Shown: positions 19,161-27,720 of the stretch, one piece after another
Numbering within the stretch: position 1 is the stretch's first letter
Layout: each line of letters opens with the position of its first letter
NCBI GenBank assembly: GCA_040222015.1
Contig: JAVJWO010000134.1
Span: 1-64,000, forward strand
Direction: 5' to 3'
From: Coleofasciculus chthonoplastes F2-STO-03
Lineage (GTDB): Bacteria > Cyanobacteriota > Cyanobacteriia > Cyanobacteriales > Coleofasciculaceae
Length of the DNA stretch: 64,000 bases
Translations under genes and position numbers: made by a program
The notes under the pieces: generated by a model
What the model saw: only the letters and a program-made list of their open reading frames with translations
Databases searched by the model: none
What the model was told of the DNA's origin: nothing

Positions 19161-20801
19161 ATGAAACCCTATCTCCCTCAACATGAACCGAATCCGACAG
19201 AACGGGAAAATTGGCTGAAACGCAACCGAGAGGATTATCAATTCGATCATAATTTCCTAGCACCGATTCCCATCCTGGATAAAGTTCCCAAGCAAGAATA
19301 TTTTTCGCCCGAATATACAGCGATGCGCCTAGGGAGTATGGCAAGTCTCCCGGCGAATATGTTGGCAGCGAAAACTAAAAATTTTATCGACCCGTTGGAT
19401 ACTTTAGAAGAGTACGAAGACTTTTTAACCTTACTCCCCAAGCCAGCGCTGTTGGACTACTATCGCACCGACTCGTTTTTCGGGGAGCAACGACTCTCTG
19501 GTGCTAATCCAATTGCTACTCGTCGGCTTGATTCATTACCCGATGATTTTGCTGTTGATAACGCTTTATTTCAACATGTTGTGGGTGCGGGACATAATCT
19601 GGAGACAGCACTCAAAGATGGAAAACTTTACTTCTTAGATTATCCGTTGCTAGAGGATATTAAAGGGGGAACGTTTGAGGGTCAACGAAAGTATCTGCCT
19701 AAAACACGCGGATTATTTTACTGGCATAGCAATGGTTCAAGTGTCGGGGGTTCCATGGTTCCGGTTGCTGTCGAAGTCAAAAGTGAATCGGGAAACAATA
19801 AACTGATTTATACGCCCAAAGATCAGCCCATGGATTGGTTTTTCGCCAAACTTTGTCTCCAAGTTGCTGAGGGAAACCACCAAGAACTCGGTTCTCACTT
19901 CTCCTTTACCCACGCGGTTATGGGTCCCTTTGCCGTAGTTACGGCTCGTCAATTGGGCGAAAATCATCCCCTAGCCCTACTGCTTAAACCCCACTTCCGG
20001 TTCATGTTGTATGATAACGAACTGGGACGGTCTCAATTCCTGAATCAAGGTGGACCGGTGGATCGGTTTATGGCAGGAACATTACAGGAATCTCTGACCT
20101 TTGTGGCAAATACTTATCAGCAATGGAGTTTATTTGAATTTGCTTTCCCCACAATCATCAAAAATCAGAATATGGATGATTCCGGGATACTCCCTCACTA
20201 TCCCTTCCGGGATGATGGTATGCTCATTTGGGATGCAGTCAAGCAATTTGTCACCAATTACCTGCAACTTTATTACAAAACCCCGCAAGACTTAAGTGAG
20301 GATTATGAGTTACAAAACTGGGCGCGGGAACTGGCGGCGCAAGATGGGGGTCGCGTCAATGGTATGCCAGCTAGCATTGAGACCTTAGAGCAACTGATTG
20401 ATGTGATCACTGTTGTCATCTTTACCTGTGCACCTTTCCACTCAGCCTTGAATTTCCCGCAGTACGAATACATGGTATATGTCCCCAATATGCCTTATGC
20501 GGCTTATCATCCTGTACCGGACACTAAGGGAATTGATTTGCCCACCATTTTGAAGTTTCTTCCTCCCTTCAAGGCGGCGGCTGATCAGGTATTTTGGACA
20601 ATGGTTTTGACGTCCTACCACTATGATCAGTTAGGGCATTATGATGAGGAATTTGCTGACCCCTTGGCTCAGGAAGCCGTTATCCAATTTCAGCAAAATT
20701 TAGCGGATATTGAACGGCAGATCGACATCAAAAACCAAACTCGTCCAATTCCTTACAAATACTTTAAGCCTTCTGAGGTGATTAACAGTATTAATACTTA
20801 A
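19161..20801 (+). CDS. Lipoxygenase (short bacterial type, no signal peptide)
   Basis: FGEQRLSGANP, HQELGSHFSFTH, HPLALLLKPHF, YPFRDDG, FHSALNFPQY, C-terminal NSINT. Confidence 0.93.
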   Translation: MKPYLPQHEPNPTERENWLKRNREDYQFDHNFLAPIPILDKVPKQEYFSPEYTAMRLGSMASLPANMLAAKTKNFIDPLDTLEEYEDFLTLLPKPALLDYYRTDSFFGEQRLSGANPIATRRLDSLPDDFAVDNALFQHVVGAGHNLETALKDGKLYFLDYPLLEDIKGGTFEGQRKYLPKTRGLFYWHSNGSSVGGSMVPVAVEVKSESGNNKLIYTPKDQPMDWFFAKLCLQVAEGNHQELGSHFSFTHAVMGPFAVVTARQLGENHPLALLLKPHFRFMLYDNELGRSQFLNQGGPVDRFMAGTLQESLTFVANTYQQWSLFEFAFPTIIKNQNMDDSGILPHYPFRDDGMLIWDAVKQFVTNYLQLYYKTPQDLSEDYELQNWARELAAQDGGRVNGMPASIETLEQLIDVITVVIFTCAPFHSALNFPQYEYMVYVPNMPYAAYHPVPDTKGIDLPTILKFLPPFKAAADQVFWTMVLTSYHYDQLGHYDEEFADPLAQEAVIQFQQNLADIERQIDIKNQTRPIPYKYFKPSEVINSINT

Positions 20802-20882
20802 GTGGGTTGTTGAGGCTGACAGGGTGATGGGGACAAGAGAGAATTTCCCCTCTTCCCCAATCACCAATTACGTCATCTCCAA

Positions 20883-21938
20883 TCACTGATCAAACCGTTG
20901 TATTCCCGGCACCTCAAGAATTAAATCAGCTCCGTAGACTGAGGCAGGTGTTTGAAATCCGGGTTTAATGTCCTGATTCAAAATATGTTTAATGGTGGTT
21001 ATCGCCGTGAGCGCCGTACAATCGTAAGCTTCCGGACCTTCCAACCGTGCCGTCACTTTTTGTCTGGTTTCATCTTCAACAATTCCCAGGACTCTCGTCT
21101 TACCCTGAGCGCGTTCGGCTTCAGTGGGTCCTTCGGGTAATGTTTTAATTAAACGGGCAATACCACTCTGGAATAAGGATGAACCGTATACGCCTTCCAA
21201 ATATTTACTTTTTTTCATCAGAATACGAACGGGTTCAGGAAACACGGTGTAAACTTCAATGTTACTAATACCTGTGCTATAAAACGCCGTAACAATATCG
21301 GCTCGCCAAGGATTGATCACGGCTTTAACTGAACCAGATCCTAAATCAATTTTCAGGCTTTTTTGAGCAGGTCTAGCTGGGACAAGCTGACCATTTTCTC
21401 TGATAACTCCGATTTGATGAAGATTAGGTAAAACAACATTAGCCGTTCCCCGTGATACACCCCCTTGAGTTTCGTAGATAAGGGTTAGTTTTTTGGCAGT
21501 GGGTAATTTAGATTTGAGGTAAGCGGCTAAACAGTCGGTAGGAACTACGCCAAAGCCAACTCCAGGAAGCAGCATAATTCCGGCTACTTTAGCTTCCGCA
21601 TTGCGCTCCACTAACGCTTCAAATTCCGGCACTTCCCCAGCGATATCTGTATAATGGGTTTGGGTTCGTAGACAGCTATCAACTAATGGTTTAGCGCTTC
21701 TGGAAAAGGGGCCGGCACAATTTAAGACGACAGCGACATCCTCAAGGGATTGATCCATTGCTTGGGGATTATCAAGACTAAAAACCCGATAATCCAAACC
21801 CAATTTATTGGCTTCTGCTGCCAGAGACTGTTCGGTTCGTCCACCTAGAATGAAGTCTAGTCCCTGGTTTTTTGCGGATTGAGCAACTAGTCTACCTGCA
21901 TATCCAGTTGCACCATATAGTAAGGCTTTTGGAGTCAT
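20883..21938 (-). CDS. Saccharopine dehydrogenase-like / trans-acting enoyl reductase family oxidoreductase
   Basis: YGATGYAG Rossmann motif, NCAGPF, HYTDIAGE, GVGFGVVPTD, GFQTPAS. Confidence 0.85.
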   Translation of the reverse strand: MTPKALLYGATGYAGRLVAQSAKNQGLDFILGGRTEQSLAAEANKLGLDYRVFSLDNPQAMDQSLEDVAVVLNCAGPFSRSAKPLVDSCLRTQTHYTDIAGEVPEFEALVERNAEAKVAGIMLLPGVGFGVVPTDCLAAYLKSKLPTAKKLTLIYETQGGVSRGTANVVLPNLHQIGVIRENGQLVPARPAQKSLKIDLGSGSVKAVINPWRADIVTAFYSTGISNIEVYTVFPEPVRILMKKSKYLEGVYGSSLFQSGIARLIKTLPEGPTEAERAQGKTRVLGIVEDETRQKVTARLEGPEAYDCTALTAITTIKHILNQDIKPGFQTPASVYGADLILEVPGIQRFDQ

Positions 21939-22106
21939 TTTTTAATTGTCAGTCCGTTGCTAATTGTCCGTTGTTAGTTGTCCGTCGTCACTAATTGGGT
22001 GTAAATTTGACACATCTCGTAGGGGTTGGTTTTACCCCTATTAGGTATCAGAGACCCTCAATTGAATAAACCCGCCCTGACCTACAAAGAACGACGAACA
22101 GAAAGT

Positions 22107-22406
22107 TTAACCAACTCGTTGCCATAAGCGGACTTCAGGCGGTTCAGCTAAAATTTCACCTCCTTTTTCCCCCAAGGCTTTGATATAGGGCATCTGTAGG
22201 TGCTTATCCAAAATTTCTTTACTGACCCAGTTTTCGTGCAGCAGAAAAAGTGACGGTTCGTCGGTCGATTGATGGAGGTCGTAATTGATGCAGCCTTCCT
22301 CAGAACGGCTGACTTCTAAAACGGGTAAGTATTCTTGCTTAAATCTTTCTTCCATTCCGGGCTTAACTTTGATGCGAGCCGTAACGGTGACTTGCTGATT
22401 TGCCAT
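22107..22406 (-). CDS. Antibiotic biosynthesis monooxygenase (ABM) / putative quinol monooxygenase
   Basis: VTARIKVKPG, SRSEEGCINYDLH, ENW...HLQMPY; AGGAG RBS. Confidence 0.88.
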   Translation of the reverse strand: MANQQVTVTARIKVKPGMEERFKQEYLPVLEVSRSEEGCINYDLHQSTDEPSLFLLHENWVSKEILDKHLQMPYIKALGEKGGEILAEPPEVRLWQRVG

Positions 22407-22751
22407 GGTGTATCTCCTAATTTTTGATTCGTTGATGGGTCAAATGTGACGCCTATTGCTGCTTGGTTCCATACTAAGCCGTCAAAACTCCCTCATCTTT
22501 CTTATCTCCAGGGAGGTAAAAATACTCATTGACCATTTAAGATTAAATTTCTCTCCTAAGTATAGTTCTAAAAGAAACCAAAACCGCAAAAATAAGTAAG
22601 TCGGCTAATAAAAGTGAACGGTGAGGATCATCATTTGTTATTGAGTAAGACCTTGAGGTATATTGACACAATATAACATAGTTTTGTTTATTTCTATCTG
22701 CCTACTTAACAATACAAAGTCTAGATTTGTAGACTGTTAAGCTTAACTGAA

Positions 22752-22811
22752 GGGAGCATGTCAAGTTGGTACAAGATGTTCAAGCTAACCTGCTTGCGTT
22801 GACATGCACCC
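22752..22811. mobile_element. 60-bp MITE, TIR GGG(A/T)GCATGTCAA
   Basis: 12/13 inverted termini; the body matches the reverse complement of the right part of the 44784-44953 element. Confidence 0.75.
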
Positions 22812-22843
22812 TAACAAAAAGACCTTGTTCAACGGAGAAGAGC

Positions 22844-23647
22844 ATGTCCCATACACCCCATATACTCGTCGTTGTTTCCACAGCAAGTGAGATTCCCCTA
22901 AAGGAGGGGGGAACCCATGAAACGGGAATCTTTCTGGGAGAACTCACGGAACCCGCCGAGGCTATGCATGAAGCCGGCTTTAAGCTAACATTTGCGAGTC
23001 CTGGAGGCAAGGAACCTATCATCGACAAACATAGCTACGACCTGATATATTGGGGTTTCTCTAAAAAGCGGGTTAATCGTGCTAAGGCATTCTATGAAAC
23101 CCTGCTGCAACAGGGATTAACCCATCCACTTGTACTAGAAGAACTGGCTGAACAACCCGGACAGCTTGCCCAATTTGATGGGTTATTTGTACCGGGGGGT
23201 CATGCGCCCATGGTTGATCTGCTCCACCGAAATCATCTAGAAGACGACGCTCTCAATGAACGAATGGGTCGTCTTTTGAAGTTCTTCCATGATTCACAGC
23301 GACCGACTGGACTGATTTGCCATGCTCCGGCGGTTCTTGCCGCCGCCCCCAAAGTTGATGGCAAGTGGATTTATGAAGGGTATCGGATGACAACAGTCAC
23401 TATGGTGAGTGAGTTTTTATTGGAAGACACACCACTGATGAAGGTCGTTCCGGGTCACCTAAAAAAGTATCCAACCCAGGTTTTAAAAGAAGCGGGGGCA
23501 ATTCTAGAACAGACAAATATTCCAATGCGGGCTAAAGTTGTGGAAGATCGCGAACTGATTACGGGACAAGATCCCTACTCTGCTGAACATTTTGGCAAGC
23601 GATTTGTGGAGAAGGTGAATACTTTTGTCAAGTCTCAAAAAGCCTGA
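22844..23647 (+). CDS. DJ-1/PfpI (Hsp31-like) type 1 glutamine amidotransferase-domain protein
   Basis: TGIFLGELTEP, FVPGGHAPM, ICHAP catalytic Cys, ELITGQDP; GGAG RBS before MSHTP. Confidence 0.88.
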   Translation: MSHTPHILVVVSTASEIPLKEGGTHETGIFLGELTEPAEAMHEAGFKLTFASPGGKEPIIDKHSYDLIYWGFSKKRVNRAKAFYETLLQQGLTHPLVLEELAEQPGQLAQFDGLFVPGGHAPMVDLLHRNHLEDDALNERMGRLLKFFHDSQRPTGLICHAPAVLAAAPKVDGKWIYEGYRMTTVTMVSEFLLEDTPLMKVVPGHLKKYPTQVLKEAGAILEQTNIPMRAKVVEDRELITGQDPYSAEHFGKRFVEKVNTFVKSQKA

Positions 23648-23801
23648 GCCATTGTACCCACACTTGCAGGCGTTTCGCCAGATTTGTCAAACCACTGACT
23701 CCAATGGTGTATTTGGGAACCAGTTCTATGTTATCTTCTAGAAAGTGAGGATTAAATCCTTACCCGTAACAAATGTCGCTCCTTACCGTTAATGCAAGAT
23801 T

Positions 23802-24122
23802 ATGGCGGCTTCCTTAACTCTGCAACAAATCCTGGATAGTCTTGACAATTTAAGGATTGATGAACTGCGAACGCTGCAAAAGGCGACAAATGAGCGGATT
23901 CAACGTCACGTTGATGCTTTGGGCAAACCACTACTGAGTGACTTAGTCGCGGGATTGGAATGGACGGAAGAGTATCAAGATAATCCACCCATATCAGATG
24001 AACGACTCCAGAAAATCCAAGATGGAGCAAGACCAACAGATTCTGAATTAGAGTATATCGCTGAAGCGTTAGAAATGGATACTGAGGAACTGTTACAGAT
24101 GCTGCGTTTTCGCCAAATTTGA
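23802..24122 (+). CDS. Small protein with XRE-like HTH
   Basis: ISDERLQKIQDGARPTDSELEYIAEALEMDTEEL resembles the XRE HTH. Confidence 0.55.
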   Translation: MAASLTLQQILDSLDNLRIDELRTLQKATNERIQRHVDALGKPLLSDLVAGLEWTEEYQDNPPISDERLQKIQDGARPTDSELEYIAEALEMDTEELLQMLRFRQI

Positions 24123-24291
24123 ACGTTTGTAGTTGCGCTGTCTTTGCTATAAATGTTGAACCATTGACGACAAACGCTTAATCTAGCATATAGCAATTCT
24201 CATGCTGGTGAGCTACACCGAATTTTCTTACCTGTTCCCCGTTCCCCGTTCCCTGTTCCCTCTCCTCACCCCCAAACTTATTCAGTAAACC

Positions 24292-26805
24292 CTACTTATT
24301 ATTTGGTGATAGCGCCAACATTCCATGAATGGTGGACAAAGGAACCTGATAAAAATAGTGACGCAAAAACTGTTCTTCTTCGACAGCCGATAAAAAGCGT
24401 TGAATGCTTTCTTTTGTGGTTGGATCGATCGCGTCTTCACCCAACTCCCCAATCAACCCACTGATTTGGATTGACCCGCCTAGGTGGGTTACCTGAAACC
24501 CTAACCCAGAAAGGGCGGTGAGTCCCCGATGTAAGGTGCGATCGCTTAATTCTAACTTGTCTTGCAATTGCCCTAGGGTAGCGGATTTCCCGGTGCGACT
24601 GAGGAATTTAGCCAATCCAACTAATGTCTCCCAAACCTGGCGGGAGGAGTGTTGAGGCGGTGGCGGATACGCGATCGCTAATTTCCGTTCACTTTGCATC
24701 GCCCGTCTAAACCAGAGTTGCAATTCATCCCAACTGGTGGGACATTCGCGAACGGTTAACGGATCAATGGGTTCAGGTGTGGGCGTTTCCCCTGGTTCGC
24801 CAACTAAGGCGGGTGGAGTCAAAGGATTGGACATCGACAGCAGGTTCTCGCTATCCTCCTGCATTCCATCGCGCCAATCTAAAATCCAATCCAGTTGACT
24901 GGGAAGATTAAACGAGGAAATCCTATCCCCCGATTGAACGGCCACTAAGCGCACTTCGGGACGTTTTTTGAAGTTATTATAGTCCAGTTCTACAATCGCA
25001 TTACATCGACCTTTGGGAACTTCATCGCGATAATGTCCCCACCAGATACCGGGAAATCCCACACTTGTGGAATCATCCCAGATTTCTAGTTGGGTTTTAA
25101 TATAGTGTACCTTTTTTCCCTTTAAGTCCTGGGTATTACGATTCCAAACCGATTCAAACCAACAGTTTTCAATTAGCAATTTGGGAACCGAATTTCCCAT
25201 GCCACACGGTTCTAAGAGTTTAAGTTCCTGGAATAACGGTTTTCCCAAAGCCGCAACCGTGACGACAATATCAGCGGTAACCACTGGGGCTAATAAGGCG
25301 TCTTGGGCGGCAAGTTGTTGGCGTAACTTTTGATTAATCCCTTCGCTAAATAAGGGAATATTCTCCACAGGTAAACTTAACCCAGCAGCAAAGGGATGTC
25401 CGCCGAATCGGTGTAATAGGTGTTCTTGGGATTGGACTAATTCATACAAATCAATTCTATTCACGGAACGGGCAGAACCTCTGGCGATTGTTGATTGTTG
25501 ATTGTTGATTGTTGATTGAAAAAAATCTCCTTTGTCTCCCCCGCTTCTCTGCTCCCAGATGTGCCATGGCACGTCTCTACCTTGCGCCTCTGCACCTTCG
25601 TCTCCCCACTCTTCGCCTGTACTTAATAAAACCGTCGGGCGTCCATATTCCTGGGCAATTTGACCCGCAACTAAGCCTAAAACTCCCGCTGACCATTGGG
25701 GATCATCTAGGACAATAACACAGGTTGTGGAAAGGTCAAGTTGTGCCAGTTTCCGTTTAACTTGTTCCGTAATATCTTTCTGTAAGGATTTGCGACGACT
25801 ATTAGCTAATTCGGTTTCTAAGGCTAAGGTTTGAGTATAGGTTTCATCGCGACGGGTTAATAATTCCACACAAAAAGACGCATCACCCTGAATCCGACTG
25901 ACTGCATTAATTCTTGGACCTAAACCAAAGGAAATATCCGTGGGGCGATCGCCACTGCGCTGACAGAGTTCTAAAAGTTTAGCTACACCGGGACGGGTGC
26001 GAGTTTTCAATTGTTGCTGTAGCGTTTGAATTCCCCGTTGGGCTAAATAGCGACAATCACCACTCAGTTGGACTAAATCAGCAATTAAACCAATTGCCAC
26101 TAAATCTAATAAGTCCTCTAAAGGTTGTTGGGGAATATCGGGTAATGTTTGATACAGTGCCTCAACTAACTTATACGCTACCGCCACACCAGAGAGATGA
26201 AACAGGGGATGGGTTTCGGCAAAATAGCGAGGATTGATAATCGAAACGACGTTCGGTCGCTCCTCTGGTAAGGTATGATGATCGGTAATAATGATGTCTA
26301 TGCCTAACTGATCAGCATAGTCAATTTCGCTGAGATTGTTGCTGCCTGTATCGCAGGTGACAATCAGTTGAGTTCCCGATGCTGCTAGTTGGTCAATTCC
26401 TGGACAATTCAACCCGTGAGATTCCGTGAGACGATTGGGAATGTAATAGATGAGTTGTTGATTCTGTGGCAAAAACTGCCCCAATCCGTCCCATAAAACG
26501 CTAGTTGCGGTAATTCCATCCGCGTCAAAGTCTCCCCAAATCGCTACTTTTTTCCCCTTATCCCGCGCTTGCTGTAATCGTTGTACTGCGCGTTTCATTT
26601 CCTGACCAAATTCAAAGGGACTCGCGGGTTGATATAAATCGGGATTAATAAATCCAGCTAATTGATTTAACTCCCGAATTCCGCGTTGCCATAATAATTG
26701 GGCGGCGTAATATCCTTCTGATGCGGGGGCGTAGGATTTAACTGCATCGAGGAACCATTGTGGAACATCTGGAGAGGGTTGAACGTGCCATTGGGGTTGA
26801 GGCAT
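24292..26805 (-). CDS. recJ: Single-stranded-DNA exonuclease RecJ
   Basis: GDFDADG, TCDTG, TDHH, GPRINA, RGSARS, FGGHPFAAG. Confidence 0.95.
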   Translation of the reverse strand: MPQPQWHVQPSPDVPQWFLDAVKSYAPASEGYYAAQLLWQRGIRELNQLAGFINPDLYQPASPFEFGQEMKRAVQRLQQARDKGKKVAIWGDFDADGITATSVLWDGLGQFLPQNQQLIYYIPNRLTESHGLNCPGIDQLAASGTQLIVTCDTGSNNLSEIDYADQLGIDIIITDHHTLPEERPNVVSIINPRYFAETHPLFHLSGVAVAYKLVEALYQTLPDIPQQPLEDLLDLVAIGLIADLVQLSGDCRYLAQRGIQTLQQQLKTRTRPGVAKLLELCQRSGDRPTDISFGLGPRINAVSRIQGDASFCVELLTRRDETYTQTLALETELANSRRKSLQKDITEQVKRKLAQLDLSTTCVIVLDDPQWSAGVLGLVAGQIAQEYGRPTVLLSTGEEWGDEGAEAQGRDVPWHIWEQRSGGDKGDFFQSTINNQQSTIARGSARSVNRIDLYELVQSQEHLLHRFGGHPFAAGLSLPVENIPLFSEGINQKLRQQLAAQDALLAPVVTADIVVTVAALGKPLFQELKLLEPCGMGNSVPKLLIENCWFESVWNRNTQDLKGKKVHYIKTQLEIWDDSTSVGFPGIWWGHYRDEVPKGRCNAIVELDYNNFKKRPEVRLVAVQSGDRISSFNLPSQLDWILDWRDGMQEDSENLLSMSNPLTPPALVGEPGETPTPEPIDPLTVRECPTSWDELQLWFRRAMQSERKLAIAYPPPPQHSSRQVWETLVGLAKFLSRTGKSATLGQLQDKLELSDRTLHRGLTALSGLGFQVTHLGGSIQISGLIGELGEDAIDPTTKESIQRFLSAVEEEQFLRHYFYQVPLSTIHGMLALSPNNK
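25557..25580 (-). repeat. REP family C: GTAGAGACG-palindrome-CGTCTCTAC (this copy inside recJ; others at 29499-29526, 30187-30208, 56487-56510, 59175-59202, 60816-60842)
   Basis: Covarying cores TGCCATGGCA / TAGCATGCTA / TTGCATGCAA / TTCCATGGAA. Confidence 0.85.
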
Positions 26806-26970
26806 AAGTCGGAGGAGAGGAGAGTTGGGGAAGACGGTTGACGGTTCGACGGCGTGAGTTGAAAGAACGCCCCTATGAAAATCTTAGCCTGTTTTATGCG
26901 GGAAATAAGCTGTTACGGCTTTAAATTGGGTACAGTAAGTAGGTGGACATTAAAGTTAGCGGTGGAGATT

Positions 26971-27013
26971 AGGGAACAGGGAACAGGGAACAGGGAACAG
27001 GGCACAGGGAACA
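26971..27013. repeat. Heptamer STRR (AGGGAAC)n; related arrays at ~24231, 15559-15597 and 60731-60762
   Basis: Read directly. Confidence 0.85.
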
Positions 27014-27165
27014 AATAATGCCTCCTAACCGCTATGGCGATAGCTATATTCAATTTTGTCGGTTCGCTATTTACCAAATTTGCGGTTTAATTAATCAATT
27101 TTATCCTGTTCCAAGATAATCCAGTTTCCTGAAATTTTGCATCAATTAAGCATAAAATCAAACCG

Positions 27166-27350
27166 GTAGGGGCGACCCGCTTGCATTAATGGAAAATACC
27201 CATCCACTCAATGAGGTCGGGTCGCCCTTTATTCAATGGGCGGTTGGGGATTAAGCTGTCTTGGATTTTAACCTAATGGTTTAGGTAAAGGGCGACCCGA
27301 GTCAATTGAGTGGATACCGTCGTTACTTTATGCAAGCGGGTCGCCCCTAC
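27166..27350. repeat. REPIN-like 185-bp inverted element
   Basis: Perfect 21-bp termini GTAGGGGCGACCCGCTTGCAT / ATGCAAGCGGGTCGCCCCTAC, with internal mirrored TCGGGTCGCCCTTTA / TAAAGGGCGACCCGA. Confidence 0.85.
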
Positions 27351-27720
27351 AGGAACATTAACGGTTATCGATTGATGTGATGCCGGGTAAAACGATTACT
27401 GCTGGGACTAAGATGTTTAAATCTCAGCAAATGTCAATTTTCCTTACTTAAGCGTACTCCCTGGAACGATAAGATTGCGTAAACAGGGAGTTGTATGAAG
27501 ATTTGATGAAGGTTTAGGGATATTCAACGATTGTTTGCCCTTAACAGGTAAATCCCGATTTTTTTTGTAAACAAATATAACAATTTTTCGCGGGTTGCAT
27601 AAAATTAGTGGCTTAATTGTGAGTAATAAGTAGAACTGGATTTGACGAATAAATACCTTCAGGTACTTTCTGAGCCAGATTTTTTCAGTTCAGTCATAAC
27701 TATCAAGGTGTAATGCAACC

